Shown: positions 15,070-27,673 of the stretch, in pieces
Layout: every line of letters starts with the position of its first letter
Numbering within the stretch: position 1 is the first letter of the stretch
Assembly: GCA_964016885.1 (NCBI GenBank)
Contig: OZ024740.1
Span: 38,316,001 to 38,380,000, forward strand
Direction: 5' to 3'
Length of the DNA stretch: 64,000 bases
Source: Eledone cirrhosa
Lineage: Eukaryota
The notes under the pieces: model-generated
What the model saw: the letters and a program-made list of their open reading frames with translations, nothing else
Databases searched by the model: none
Told to the model about the DNA's origin: nothing
Position numbers and translations under genes: made by a program

Positions 15070-15340
15070 AAACTGTTATAGGTGCAGCTTGAAAGGTAAA
15101 TGAAAGACATAAAAGTAACTGTTACAGGTGCAGTTTTCCAGGTAAACAGATGACATAGAAGTAACTGTTACAGGTGCAGTTTTCCAGGTAAACAGATGAC
15201 ATAGAAGTAACTGTTACAGGTGCAGTTTTCCAGGTAAACAGATGACATAGAAGTAACTGTTACAGGTGCAGTTTTCCAGGTAAACAGATGACATAGAAGT
15301 AGCTGTTACAGGTGCAGTTTTCCAGGTAAACAAAAGGCAC
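15070..15340. repeat. 46-bp tandem repeat (~5.5 copies)
   Basis: Unit ctgttacaggtgcagttttccaggtaaacagatgacatagaagtaa. Confidence 0.95.
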
Positions 15341-15709
15341 AGAAGGAGAGGAGTGTGTTTGTTTGAAAGATGGATGATAAATGAAGGACACAGAAATTCT
15401 GATCTTAGCTCCAGAAAAATAAGCAATAAGAAGAAAACTATTAAAGTATTATATTGTCTTGAACAATAATTATAGGAAAGAGTTGAGACTATTCAACAAT
15501 TTGAAGATTATATAACAGATGTCAGTATCAGACAAGATAGTTACCTGTCCAAGAGTGAGACACAGGACTAGTTATCTGTTGAAAAGCTATATATAGGAGC
15601 TAGTTACCTGCCCAAGAGTAAGACACAGGACTAGTTATCTGTTGAAGAGCTATATACAGGAGCTAGTTACCTATCCAAGAGTTATAAATATGATTAAATT
15701 ATTGCTTAA

Positions 15710-15930
15710 CCCTTTAGCATTTACATTACTTTATATTTACTATTGTATTTTCTCCGGTAAAGGCTTTATTTCACATAATATCTCACATAATATCAAATCT
15801 TTGAGATTTTGATGTTATTTATTTTGAGGACAATACCTTAACATCAGTATGAGTGACCAGTTACAGCCGATTTGAACAGAAAGAAGTGAGAGAATTCTGG
15901 CCGGATATGGCTGGTTTAAATGCTAAAAGG
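15710..15930. mobile_element. TTAA-flanked MITE (piggyBac-like ends)
   Basis: TTAA|ccctttagcattta ... taaatgctaaaagg|TTAA terminal inverted repeats. A second copy lies in opposite orientation at 43281-43498. Confidence 0.7.
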
Positions 15931-16739
15931 TTAATAATGTCAGGGAGGGAAAGATCACACTCAGTGTGGAAGTGAAGAAAAATACAAAAATGATTGACTG
16001 AAGAGTGTGGATGAATGGAAGAAGCAGATCAAATTGACTGAGGTGTTATTTTTACGGTAATACAATGATTGACTGAAGATTAATGGAAGAAGCAGATAAA
16101 ATTGACAGAGATCTTATTTTGACAGTAAAACATAATACACTCACTCAATTCAATGCCCTCAACAAACACCAACATATTCCCTTCTTGTGTAAATATCATT
16201 ACACACTTTCTCATTCCATCTATTATGTTGCTCTGATAACAAAACTGACTTAATGTGATCGTCACACGTGACAGCTATTTATAAACATGTATATTTATCA
16301 GAATTATATGAGAAATTTGAATTGAACCATATATTGTTTCTAAAATGTAATTAATAAGGTAGGATGTATTATGATATGTTTTGATAGATATAAGTGGGAA
16401 TATTAAATGAAGCCACAATCCATTCTCTTTCAAATAAATAGTATTATTATCTTTTTAATGAGCAAACTAATGAATTATACATCCTTATCTGACATACATT
16501 GTTATTTCCTAAATTATCAAAAGCTAAACATTGCTTTCCATTATTATTTTGACTATTTATTTTGTTCTGCCTGTCATCTGAAAATGTATAAATGGAAAAT
16601 TTATAGCTTTTCAATAGAAAATTCTGTTAATTCAGAAATGAAAATGTTAAGTATAATATATTAGTAGAGAGAAAGTGGTTTTCCATAGTGATATGTTGGT
16701 CGCAACATATAAGATATTTCAATAAGTAATGTATTGCTT

Positions 16740-17010
16740 CAAAATGAGAGATCATAGCTCCGATATTTCAGATATGTGGTTGCAATGTCTAAGGAAAGAA
16801 TTGCTGGGCAGATTTTATGGGCAAAACCAACTGGTAGGGGATCCAGACATAGACCCCAAGCAAGATGGTTGGATAACATCTATGAGCTCAATTAGTCTCA
16901 CTTGGGGTCCAGCTGAATCAATTGGAGATGGTTACTTCTGTCAGGACCTGCTGGAAGAAGTGCTTGAGGACTCTGTTCCACAACCCTCTCAGGAATAGTG
17001 GCAAAGAAGA
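16740..17010 (+). mobile_element. Decayed RTE-like LINE 3' end
   Basis: Degenerate GRP..RW.DNI coding motif (ggggatccagacatagaccccaagcaagatggttggataac) and an aagaagaag tail. A related piece lies at 38880-38990. Confidence 0.55.
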
Positions 17011-17799
17011 AGTATTGTTCTCAGGTAAATCTATCAACTAAATTTATTGTATAGAGTGGAGAACCAATGTTTTACAGTCTGATACCCCTTACAACATGCA
17101 GGGATGCAGTGGAACTATTCTAAAACTGTTGATGTTGATGTTGGTGGTGATGGTGATGATAGAATGATTATGATGATGATAATGATTGTGGTAGTAATAG
17201 CATGATGATGATGATGATATGATGATGATGATGGAATGATGATGGTGATTCACTTATATATATTTCCTTGCTTGTTGCTTCATCTGTAAGACATAAAGAT
17301 CTAAGTTTTTGTTTCCTTTTTAACTTATTAATTAAATTAATTAAATTACAGTTGATATGTAGAGATTTAACTCCTGTAGATCCTTTGGAAAATACAATAT
17401 GGTTTCATACTGTTTTCTCCAGTCAAAGAAAGGGTCAAGAGGACTCTTCAGTTGGTCAAAGACACGACAACCTCCCTAATGATGGCTTCATGCTAAAATA
17501 CACTCAGTTGAGCATGAGAATGTATGTAAGCAAAATGAAGGCTCTTGGCCCACCTAAGAGGTCAATAGCATCATTTGAATACTTATTTAGTCTGTCAAGA
17601 TCTGGACAAACCTTGCTAGCAGGGAAGACAGACATTAAATGGTGATGATGATGATGATGATGAAGTGGATAGAAATGTTTATGATAACTTTTGTAAATAT
17701 AAAATATGTAAGTTTCAAATACTGATGTAATTGAAAAAACAAGTTAGTTCCATATAATGCTGGATTGATATCTAAAATTAAACAAGAATTTGCAGGGGA

Positions 17800-18015
17800 G
17801 TGATGAGAATAGAGCCTGTAATGAATGTAGTGAAGAGAAATGAAATGAGATGGCTGAGTCACGTGTTGAGAAGAGATGAAAGTGGTTGGGTGAGAGAAGT
17901 GGTGGAAATAGAGCCAGTGATGAATGTAGTGAAAAGAAATGGAATGAGAAAGCTGGGTCATGTGTTGAGAAAGGATGAAAGTGAGTGGGTGAGAAGAGTG
18001 ATGGGGAAATGCAAA
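17800..18015 (+). mobile_element. RTE-like LINE fragment, tandemly duplicated (99-bp unit)
   Basis: ORF IEPVMNVVKRNEMRWLSHVLRRDESGWVREVVE is repeated twice and resembles the R-W-x-GHV-x-R thumb-region motif. Confidence 0.65.
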
Positions 18016-18929
18016 TGATGGAGAAGCTTGTCGTGGGTCCTGCAAGGCAAACCCCTGTTTTAGCAGAGAAAATGACCTTAAATAGTTGATACTGTTACTG
18101 TTTTTCATAAACTACTGGTTTACTTCCAGTCATGAAATATATTTCAAAAAAAGAAAGAATGTGAAAAAAAACTTTTATATTATTCAACAAATGAACAACT
18201 AATAATAAAATAAAAATAATAAAAATTGAATGAATAAAATATGAAATGGACACATCTGCAGGGAATTATACAGAAACATTTACATTCATTTTCAATTAAT
18301 TTAAATAAAGAAAAAGATAGGCATTTAAATTTTTAATTACCTGGGAAAAGAATGGAGAAAGATGAATTAAGTTGATGTTGTTAACATCTTAAGACAAAGA
18401 CTTTAAGGTCTTATGAATAACATAGAATTTATAGAAATATTCTTAAATGCATATTATAATTTGTGACAATATTTCACTCAAAATGTTAATACCATGAGAA
18501 TTAAATATAATCCCTGACAAGGAAATGATAGCACACAAATGTACGTTGATTCTAGACCAAGATGTAAGGTTTACTTTATTTATTAAGACATTTGATTTGG
18601 TTTAACAGTGGATTGGCAGAATTGTTAGAGTATAGGAAAGTCTTGAGGCATATATTCCAGTTTTTTATGTACTGGGTATGTCTGTGATGTCACTACCTTT
18701 ACATTTACTTTGAATAACATCAGTGAAGTAAAGAGAAGAGAGTTACTATATAAACTGCTGGTCTTTGTTAAAAAAAAAAACCCTTGCCCAGCCCTGCATC
18801 CCAGGGACGAAGTCCTTAGGTGTAACCACAGAATCAATCCTGACATGATCAAGAGAGACAGTTGATAATTAAATCTACTGATATAATCTATGTTTAACTT
18901 ATTGTTAATTAGTTCATATCTCATCATAA

Positions 18930-20419
18930 TCTATACATATATATAAAAGTGAAATTGTTTGTGTGTGTGTGTCCTCATTTTTGCAAAGTTTATACAAATC
19001 CACATTTCTACTCCGATTGACTTCAAACTTGCATTTATATATTCCTTGCGGTCTAAAGATATTAACTGCAGCTTTTATTTTTCAATTTTCTGTTGTTAAA
19101 GGAGTGTTAGGCGCCGGTTATAATCTCCGTCGCACCCTTATAATATCTGTCTGTATGTCTGGCTGTCTGCATTCCGACATTATGACAAACATTGATGACG
19201 TATTATCTTTGCTATTTTCCGTTCATTGCCAGGGAACGTCTTCAGGAACCAAAGTATCGTCTTCCTGTTTTCCTTCGGTTGCAACGTTTTTTGAAATATT
19301 TACTTCTGCATTCACAGATTGTTTTTTTAGTTTCAGAAGATTCCGTTAAGGGTGAAAGCAGCAATTCTTTGCTTAAACTTTAATCTGTTATTTTAATATA
19401 TAATATAAGTGAGGCAAGCCAGCCCAGGTTAACAATTACACTTGAGAATACCTTTCCGACGGTCGGCTTATTTTTCAATCAGTAAGTGTCATTTACTAAT
19501 TTTTTGGCTAACAATCATGAGACATTCCCACTTACCCCAGTTGCTTTAATATTTTTTTGAAATACTTCCTGAGACATAATCACACATTATTATTGGTGTT
19601 AGTACCAAGCCATATGCCCCATTACATACATAGATAGAAATAGTGGATCTTTTTAGAAAGCCCCCGCCAAAAAATATCCCCACACCTATGTTAAAAATCA
19701 CATACGCTGGCGTTAAGCGGTAATTTCTATCTATCTTGGTACATAAGCGAGGAAAGCCAGCCCAGGTTACCAATTACAGTTGAGATTACCATTCCGATGA
19801 TCGGCTTATTTTTCAGTCGGTAAGCGTCAGTTACTAATTTTTTGATAACATATCCTGAGACATTTCTACTAACCCCAGTAGATAGAAATAGTGGATCTTT
19901 TTAGAAAACCCCCGCCAATATATCCCCACACCTATGATAAAATCACGTACGCTGACGTTAAGCGAACATTTTTTAATTTTCTTTACCAATTACCAACTAG
20001 GAATAAATTCGTCATGGGTAACTATACGTTGGCTGCTCAAGAGTGGGAAGCAAGACAAATCTCTTTGCATATGCCCGACATGGAAAAACAAGGAACATTG
20101 TGTACAAGGAGGTGCTACAATCATTGTTTAGGTAGACGAGGCAGACGGGGATATACACGATTGGCTGAAGAAGAGTGTGTTAGTAGTACGACCAGCGGCT
20201 GCTATCACACCAACAGCAGCAAAAACAACAACAAAAAAGAGAGGGACGCAATTACATGCTTTTGAAAAATCTTAATGGAAAATGATTTGCCTAAGCACAA
20301 GATGTAGACACCATCCCCAGGCCGAGGTATTCCGTACTTCTCTGTACTGTTTCAGGAAGGAGGGATAAACATGGCAATCTATGTTCAGAAGCCCGAGCAA
20401 CGCCGGGCCATTCTGCTAG
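18930..20419 (+). mobile_element. Non-autonomous Helitron with internal duplications and PLE-like cargo
   Basis: Starts A|TCTATACATATATATAAAAG; ends with hairpin cccgagcaacgccggg then CTAG|T. Internal duplications at 19400-19545/19742-19880 and 19632-19720/19881-19965. Confidence 0.8.
19314..19388 (+). ncRNA. Type I hammerhead-like ribozyme, CAGAAGA core variant (copy 1)
   Basis: Stem I agttt/aaact; core CAGAAGA; stem II tcc-gttaa-ggg; GAA; stem III agca/tgct; CUU site; distal stem acagattg/taatctgt. Confidence 0.6.
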
Positions 20420-21194
20420 TAATTATATATAATGTATAATCAAACACACACTCCTATACACAAATACACACTTACACAAATACACACACTTACATTCATA
20501 CATGCATACATACACACATATATACATACACATATAGAATATACGTAAACAAACACTTACTTACGCACACACATACATACACATATACACACATATACTC
20601 ACACACACACTTACATACACACATACTCTCTCACTCTCTGTTTCTCTCCCTTTCATGCACTTATACACACTCTTTCTCTGTCTCTCTTTCTCTCTCTCTC
20701 TCTTTCATATACATACACTCTCTCCCCCTTTCTCTCTTTTTGACACACACTCATATTCTTTCCCTCTTTCTCCCTTTTACACTCACACTCTCTCTCACTT
20801 TTCACACACACTCAAACTCTCTTTCTCTCTCTCCTTCTTTCCCTTTCACACTCACACACACTCTCTCATACACACACACACACACTCTCTCTCTCCCTTT
20901 CACATACCCACACAACTATAAGTTCACACTCATACAATTAAACATACATGTTAAGACACAATCTAACTGGAATCATCAAGATTATATCTAAAAGATATTT
21001 GGTTACATCTTTGCTGCTTTACAATTGGACAGAAAGCTACAAACATTAATTTAAGTCATAAATACCATTGCACCAATCATATATAACCAGTAGATAGACC
21101 ATTGAATGGACAGAATAACTAATATTTGGGGTTTTCTCAAAACTTTAACAAATCATTGTCTGTGGACCATCTGAAGCGAAGCCAAGTTAGTAAA

Positions 21195-21707
21195 TGTTGT
21201 TAGAGGTGAAATAACAGACAAAATAGATGATTTCGTTTAAATATAACATTTACTTCACTTCAGTGAATAAAGGAACAAAGAATAGGTTACTACAAGTCAT
21301 AAAGGTTGACAATGTTTTTGCTGTTATTTCGTTATGCTGAAATAGTTTGTGGCAAGATATCGTTCGTTAGTCATAGCAGCAAGGTAGTAGTCCCAGCCCA
21401 GTGACAAGTGAAGTTGAGAGTCTGTAGGACCAGGAGAGAGAGTAAGAATCGGTAGACCCCAAGGGGGTTTGTAGAAAGCAAATATTTTACATCGTTACTC
21501 TATTAGGAACTGTTCCAAACTGCCTTTTGCCTGGTCTAAGACAGGCTATTTATATCTGTTGCTTCTTCTGTCCCCTGCCTTGTGAACCACTGGGGTAACC
21601 TTGAGAGATCATCCACGCATAGACTTGTTTATGCCAAAAAGGAGGTAACCCAGAATTTGACTGTTAAGTGTCACTCAGGGGTCAGGGTGTGGACAGATTT
21701 CCCTACA
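21195..21707 (-). mobile_element. Possible solo LTR
   Basis: Bounded by TG...CA (tgttgttagagg ... ttccctaca). Minus-strand TATAAATAGC at ~21545-21554; GC-richer than flanks. No convincing TSD. Confidence 0.3.
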
Positions 21708-22442
21708 CATCCATCTATCCATCCATCTCTCTGACTGTTTGTCTGTCTGTCTGACTGTCCAACAACCTTGTTAATGTTCACAAAACTTAATCTTAATGCG
21801 ACCCCCTACATACCCCATTCATTCTCGCTTTGGGATTTTACTTTCACAGAAGTCATGTTTCTCTCTTAGTATTTCTGTGGAAAATTCCTTTTAATTTGTA
21901 GCTCTAGTGTGTTTATTATATACCAGTTTGTTAAACAAGAATCAGTGTCTAATAACCATCCAAACCAGTTTATTAAACAATCAGAACACTAAAATGTTTT
22001 TAACAGTAAGATATCTTTAACAGTAAGGAAGTTGTCATTTATGTGCTAATAAGTCAATAACAGAATTGTTATATTGAATCAGTCTAAACACTATATAAAA
22101 CTCTGTTAAATGTGGAAGTTTGATTCTGCTTTTTTTCTGATCATAAACAGAAAAGAATATTTCTAAAGACCAACATGAAAACCTATAAATATAATGTTGT
22201 CTAAAGAAATAAAACTGAGTTTATTCTATTCATCTATATAGTTCAGTAAATATTTAGTTCATAGGTTTAATACTATTTTGATTTATATTAGCTATATAAT
22301 ATTTAGGTCAAAATAAAGTACAACTCTGTGTATTTATATCAATTATTCAGTTTTCTAGTTATTCCTACAAATCAGTCCACATTTAGTTCACAGTTGTGAC
22401 TGTCTGACAATTTAAGATATCAACAATTATATACAATGGTTA

Positions 22443-22635
22443 GCGGTGGATTGGCAGTGTCAGTAGAAGGTCGGACGCTATGCTTTGACGTATAGAGTTA
22501 CGGCCCTTGCCATTCTGAGTTCAAATCCCACCGAGGTTAACTTTGCCTTTCACCCTTACGGGGGTCGATAAAATAATGTACCAGTAATACACTGAGTAAT
22601 TGCTGGCCTTGTGCCTAACATAGAAAGAATTATTA
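22443..22635 (+). mobile_element. SINE family A, full length
   Basis: gcggtggattggcag head, gagttcaaatccc B box, central domain and tail. Confidence 0.88.
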
Positions 22636-22646
22636 AGAAATATATA

Positions 22647-22836
22647 TAATAATTGTTTCTACTTTTGGCACAAGGCCAGCAATTATTCCAGTGTATTACT
22701 GGTACTTTATTTTCTCGACCCCATAAGGATGAAAGGCACAGTTAACCTTGGTGGGATTTGAACTCAGAATACAAAGGGCCGTAACTCTATGTTGCAAAGC
22801 ATGGCGTCCGACCCTCTACCAATATTGCCAATCCAC
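22647..22836 (-). mobile_element. SINE family A, full length (tail-to-tail with previous copy)
   Basis: Reverse complement of 22443-22635, separated by about a dozen AT-rich bases. Confidence 0.88.
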
Positions 22837-22864
22837 TTAAATATATATAATAATAGCTTCTTTT

Positions 22865-24062
22865 TATTATTATTATTATGGATTGGCAAGCAAGCATGCC
22901 TTTTGAAGTGTTCCAAAAAAGGGGGCTGGACTAATGTTCTTTAATCATCCTTGAAAACTTTTTGAGATAGTACCTAGTGCTCCTACGATAATTGGGACGA
23001 CCTTGATCTCATGACAGTCCCAAATCCTTTTTAATTCCCACTTTAATTTTCTCCTTCTCTTTTTCTTCCACTCTTGTGTTAAAGGGGCAGGCTACATCTA
23101 CAATTAGGTACAATATTTTTTCCTTGTCAATAACCACCAGGTCAGGCCTATTCTTCACTTGATCATTTTCTGTCACCGACTCTGGCTTATGCTGATATCA
23201 CTTCTCAGAATGTGGTAAATTATTTAGTTTGCATAAATACCAGTGAATCACCTTTCCTATTATATCATGCCTCCAGCCTTTATAGTGAGTCTGGGCTAGG
23301 TGTTTACATTCAGATATGATGTGAGCCCCAATCTCCTCTCTCTCTTCACAGATCCTACAGAATGAGCTAGTCTCCTCCTTATCAATATGGTGTTTCACCC
23401 ACTTCGTTCTGAGGGCTTGCTCTTGTGCAACCAGTAACATTCCTTTGACATCCTTTCTGTTCATCCTGCAATAAGTTGTTTATGTGGAGGTGATAGTAGA
23501 TTTCCTCAGACAAACTGCTAGTTAACAGTTTCTACATTACGGATAGACATGTGATAGGCCTATAGTTGGTAACCTCTTACCCTTGATTTGGTCTTTCATT
23601 ACCAGAACTGTGGTACCTTTTGTTAACCACTCTGGTACTTCACCCGACACCAAGCAGTTATTGAACATGATTGTCAGTTTTGGGTGGAGGAATGTTATAT
23701 TTTTTTTATCCAATATCCTTACACACCATCTGGGCCTGGTGATTTCCAATTTGTTAGTTTTTTGGCCTGCTTTTTAAGAATTTCAACTGAATTGAATATA
23801 AGAAACAAATTGAAAAGCTTGATCTCATGACAGTCCCAAATCCTTTTTAATTCCCACTTTAAATCCTAGTATCGGTTAATTTTCTCCTTCTCCTTTTCTT
23901 GCACTCTCATGTTAAAGGGGCAGGCTACATCTACAATTAGGCACAATCTTTTCTCCTTGTCAAAAAACCACCAGGTCAGGCCTATTGTGTTCTAATTTCT
24001 TGTCCATATGTATCCTGAAATCCCATAGCACCTTCACTTGATCGTTTTCTATTACCGACTCT
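22865..24062 (-). mobile_element. R4/Dong-like non-LTR retrotransposon remnants (restriction-like endonuclease)
   Basis: AQEQALRT...CRICEEREEIGAHIISEC..LAQ..Y..RHD zinc knuckle, RPDLVVIDK and DVACP endonuclease motifs, and RT N-terminal PEWLTKGTTVL at 23537-23749. The endonuclease segment is duplicated at 23818-24062. Confidence 0.85.
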
Positions 24063-24779
24063 ATTATTATTATTATTAATACTATTTTCCCATTTATTCA
24101 TGGGAAGGTCGTGGGTTAGAGTCCTTAAGTACACATTCGGATGGGATCTGTCCAAAGGAACCAATTGATTTGGCTGGATCCACAAGCAAGACCATGAAAT
24201 TATGTTGTTGTTATTGTAGCCCCTGATCAGTTCCGTGCAAGTGTGTCTGTCTATTTTTCAGCCAGAATTCATAGGATTGAAGCCTTTAATTTTGTTTTGT
24301 CAGGCAAAATATATCATTAAACTGACACAAGTGTTTTGACAGTTGTAAGATCTGAACTTATTTATCACCCTCTGGTTAATAGATTGTCAACTTCAGTTCA
24401 CAGCTATTGTACCTCTTATATTGAAGAATCAATTAATTAATAATTAGAAGATTCTTGTCTAGCTCTAACTATTGAAAGTTTTTATCTTCTAGAAAGAATA
24501 TGTAGGTCTGTTAACTGATGTGTCATCTTCTTGATCTTGATGAGTCAATAAGATTCTTTGTTGTCAAGGTTACAGCCTCTCAAGCTAAGATTTTATGTGA
24601 TCCATTCATCACTATTTATTGTGGAATGATACAGATTTGAAAATGACTTGTGCCATACCAATTTATAAGTATATAGGTTAGTTAATTCTATATTAGAAAA
24701 AAAATATATATATATGTGTATATATATATTGCAAGAAATTGTTCTTCTCACTCCACATAACAATGTAATTATCCTCACT

Positions 24780-24968
24780 TTTTTTCCGTTCATTGCCAGG
24801 GAATGTCTTCACAAACCAAAGTATCATCTTCCTCTTTTCCTTCGGTTATAACGTTTTTCGAAATATTTACTTCTGTGTCCACAGATTGAATTTTTTAGCT
24901 TCAGAAGATCCCATTAAGGGTGAAAGCAGTGATTCTTTGATTAAACTTTAATCTGTTTTTATAATAAA
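24780..24968 (+). mobile_element. PLE-like pseudo-LTR fragment with degenerate CAGAAGA hammerhead (copy 2)
   Basis: Homologous to 19215-19400 and 32320-32470. Encodes IARECLHKPKYHL (compare CLHK at the end of the GIY-YIG ORF at ~47770). The hammerhead stems carry mismatches. Confidence 0.6.
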
Positions 24969-24980
24969 TATTTGCTCTAT

Positions 24981-25017
<37 letters not shown>

Positions 25018-25260
25018 TATATATATATCAAATTATTCAATGAACTATGATGCAATTAAATTTAAGGACTCACTGTCATGTGTATCCTTCTAAATACGAT
25101 TGATGGACCTTGATAATGGAAACATCAAACTTGTCTGTTCCCTTGTCCATAGCTTGTATTGCATTAGCAAAAAACAATCTTATTACCTAATATATTGTCT
25201 GATGAAGTTGCATAGGTTGTTGCGTGATCACAGCATCATGTAATCATGAAAACCAGAGAA

Positions 25261-26176
25261 ATATGTATAAAACTGAGGATGTCTGTCTGTGTGTGTGTGA
25301 GTTCGAATCCCTAAAACTCGAGAACCACCCAACCGACTGTTTTCAAACTTTACACATGTAATACTTATGTTTCAGGGAGTGTTCTGAGTAAAAAAGAATT
25401 TCAAATTTTCTATGCCCCAGGGACCACATTAGGCGATTTAGCAATCTCACTCTATAATTATTAGTGTTTCTCTTTTTAGATAGATACATACATATAACGT
25501 CGCGCCCTTATAATATCTGTCTGTATGTCTGCTGTCTGCATTACGTCACTTCCTTGAGGATGTCTGTGTGTGTGTGTGTGTGAGTTTGAATCCCTAAAAC
25601 TCGAGAAGTACCCAACCGATTTTTTTCAAACTTTACATGTGTATTACTTATGTTTCAGGGAGTGTTATGCACATAAAAGAATTCAACTTTTTTTTTAATC
25701 TCCTAGGGCCCGCATTAGGTGAAAAACTGCGTTGTTTAACATTTTTAGGGGTTTTTTGAGGCGTTACGTCAGACCGATTTCCTTGAAATTGTAACTATGT
25801 ATTAGTCAGTCTCTTCCTCATACCGTAAGCAAAGAAAATCCAACTTTCTTATGGCCTAGGACCCGCATTAGGTGAAAAACTTCATTTTTTCCAGCTTCTT
25901 AGGGCTTTTTTGAGGCGTTACATCTAGCCGATTTTCCCGAAATTTCAAGGCATATTATGCACATAAAAAAAATTCATTTTCTTGATCCCTTAGGGCCCGC
26001 ATTAGGTGAAAACCTGCATTTTTCCTGCTTCATCGAGGAAAATCTTAAAGATTATCCAGCCATAAGAGTATTCGGTTTATTTTCTTTACATATTTCCAGG
26101 CATGCAGTTTTTAGGTCTATTGGCGGCCCGCGTTCCAAAATACCTTATCCCGTGCAACGCCGGGTACCACTGCTAG
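25261..26176 (+). mobile_element. Non-autonomous Helitron
   Basis: 5' tataaaactgaggatgtctgtctgtgtg (duplicated at ~25555); internal gggcccgcattaggtgaaaa repeats; 3' hairpin cccgtgcaacgccggg then CTAG|T. Confidence 0.78.
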
Positions 26177-26236
26177 TGAATAAATAAATTATGAATATCT
26201 GCATCTGACATTCACAATTATCCTTATTGTGTGTGC

Positions 26237-26297
<61 letters not shown>

Positions 26298-27222
26298 CAT
26301 ACATACATACAAACATACATACATACATACAGACATATATTGTATACAAATACAAAAATGTTAGAGACACACATGTATATATACATGCACACACACACAA
26401 AAATGAAACTACATAAAAATTGCATACACACACAGAAGCAATAATGCACATCCACGAAATACACTCCATTTGCATACACATAACAACACCCATGACACAC
26501 CTGCACCCTCCACTTCGGCCACCACTCCTATATGCCAGACTACTTGCCTCCCCTCTGTCGCAAACTTCTTAATTTTTTTTTTCATATATATATAGTTCAA
26601 GGAGACAACAAACAGATGTACAAAAAGTGTCATTAGTTTCACACTCTATGTGGAAAAGGGGAAAGAAAGTTCAATGTGTCAAGCTTAAGCCCTTCTCCAG
26701 GAGTTCGAAATAGAGACAGGATCACAAAGGAGAAACAGTATAAAAAGAGGTAGGCATGGTGGGAAAAGAGGAACGAGTAAACAAACCATGAAAGGTGATA
26801 CAAACAAGTTAGAGGTAAAAGGAAAAAGAGAAAAGAAGATCACAGATGATTAGTGCAAAGAGGAGCAGTGACTGCTCTATTTTACATCCTGTCCAGTCAG
26901 TAGATTACCCACAGACCTTGAATATTTGGATTTTTATTGAACTGTCAAGGACATGACAGCCTCCCTAGTGTTTGGTGACCTACACGATAAATGCACCCAG
27001 TAAAGTGATAGGAAGGGCATCCAGCTATAGAAATCCTGCCAAATAAAAGGATTAGGAGCTTTGACTGTACAAATAGCAAGACACAGATCCCTGGCTTGCC
27101 TGGGAGATCAACGCCTCTTCTTCAGCACTGACTTGGTCTATGTTGACCCATCCAACCCTTGCTAGGCGGGGAAGCGGATATTAAAATGACAACTTTGATG
27201 ATGATGGTGATATATATATATA

Positions 27223-27410
27223 TAATATAGAAAATCTTCTACAAGACTAGAACTGTTTCATTCATGAGAAATCATCAGAAAGTGCTTCCTGATGATTTCT
27301 CACGAATGAAACAGTTCTAGTCCTGTAGAAGCTTTTCTATATTAAATATTTATACTCTGCTTTGTATTGAGTACCTTACTTACTGTGGTTACCACCGATT
27401 GATATATACA
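27223..27410. mobile_element. PLE-like fold-back pseudo-LTR end (related copies at 31306-31400 and 37040-37200)
   Basis: ~120-bp near-perfect inverted repeat centred at ~27283, inserted in (TA)n. The same sequence family occurs at two other sites. Confidence 0.65.
27284..27332 (+). ncRNA. Type I hammerhead ribozyme motif
   Basis: gcttc-CTGATGA-t-ttc-tcac-gaa-t-GAA-acag-ttctagtc-ctgt-A-gaagc: stem I 5 bp, stem II 3 bp with a U.U closing pair, stem III 4 bp, GUA site. A mirror copy with G.U wobbles lies on the minus strand at 27235-27282. Confidence 0.7.
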
Positions 27411-27673
27411 CTTTAGTTATTTCATAAAGTTATATTTTATACAAGTATTGCTTAAATATTGAGGTATTTTCTTTTTCTTTATTTTTCCATAATTTTCCTT
27501 TCAATAACATTTCATCTATCACCCTATATAAATCATTTGTCAATCACCTGTTGTAACATTTCTTCTATCACTCTATATAAATCATTCATTGATCATTCCT
27601 TATGATAATTCATCTACCACCCTATATAAATCATTCAACACTTAGTTTCCTTATTGATCATTAAAGATTTACT

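Noticed and set aside
15070-15340. AG|GT recursive-splice-like motifs in each 46-bp unit
   Set aside because: On the plus strand, where no gene is supported.
16145-16232. Possible downstream SLC6 exon (tcag|SNIIDGMRKCVMIFTQEGNMLVFVEGIEL|gtgagt)
   Set aside because: Open in phase 0 but short, with a weak pyrimidine tract and no recognisable motif; cannot be distinguished from chance without RNA-seq.
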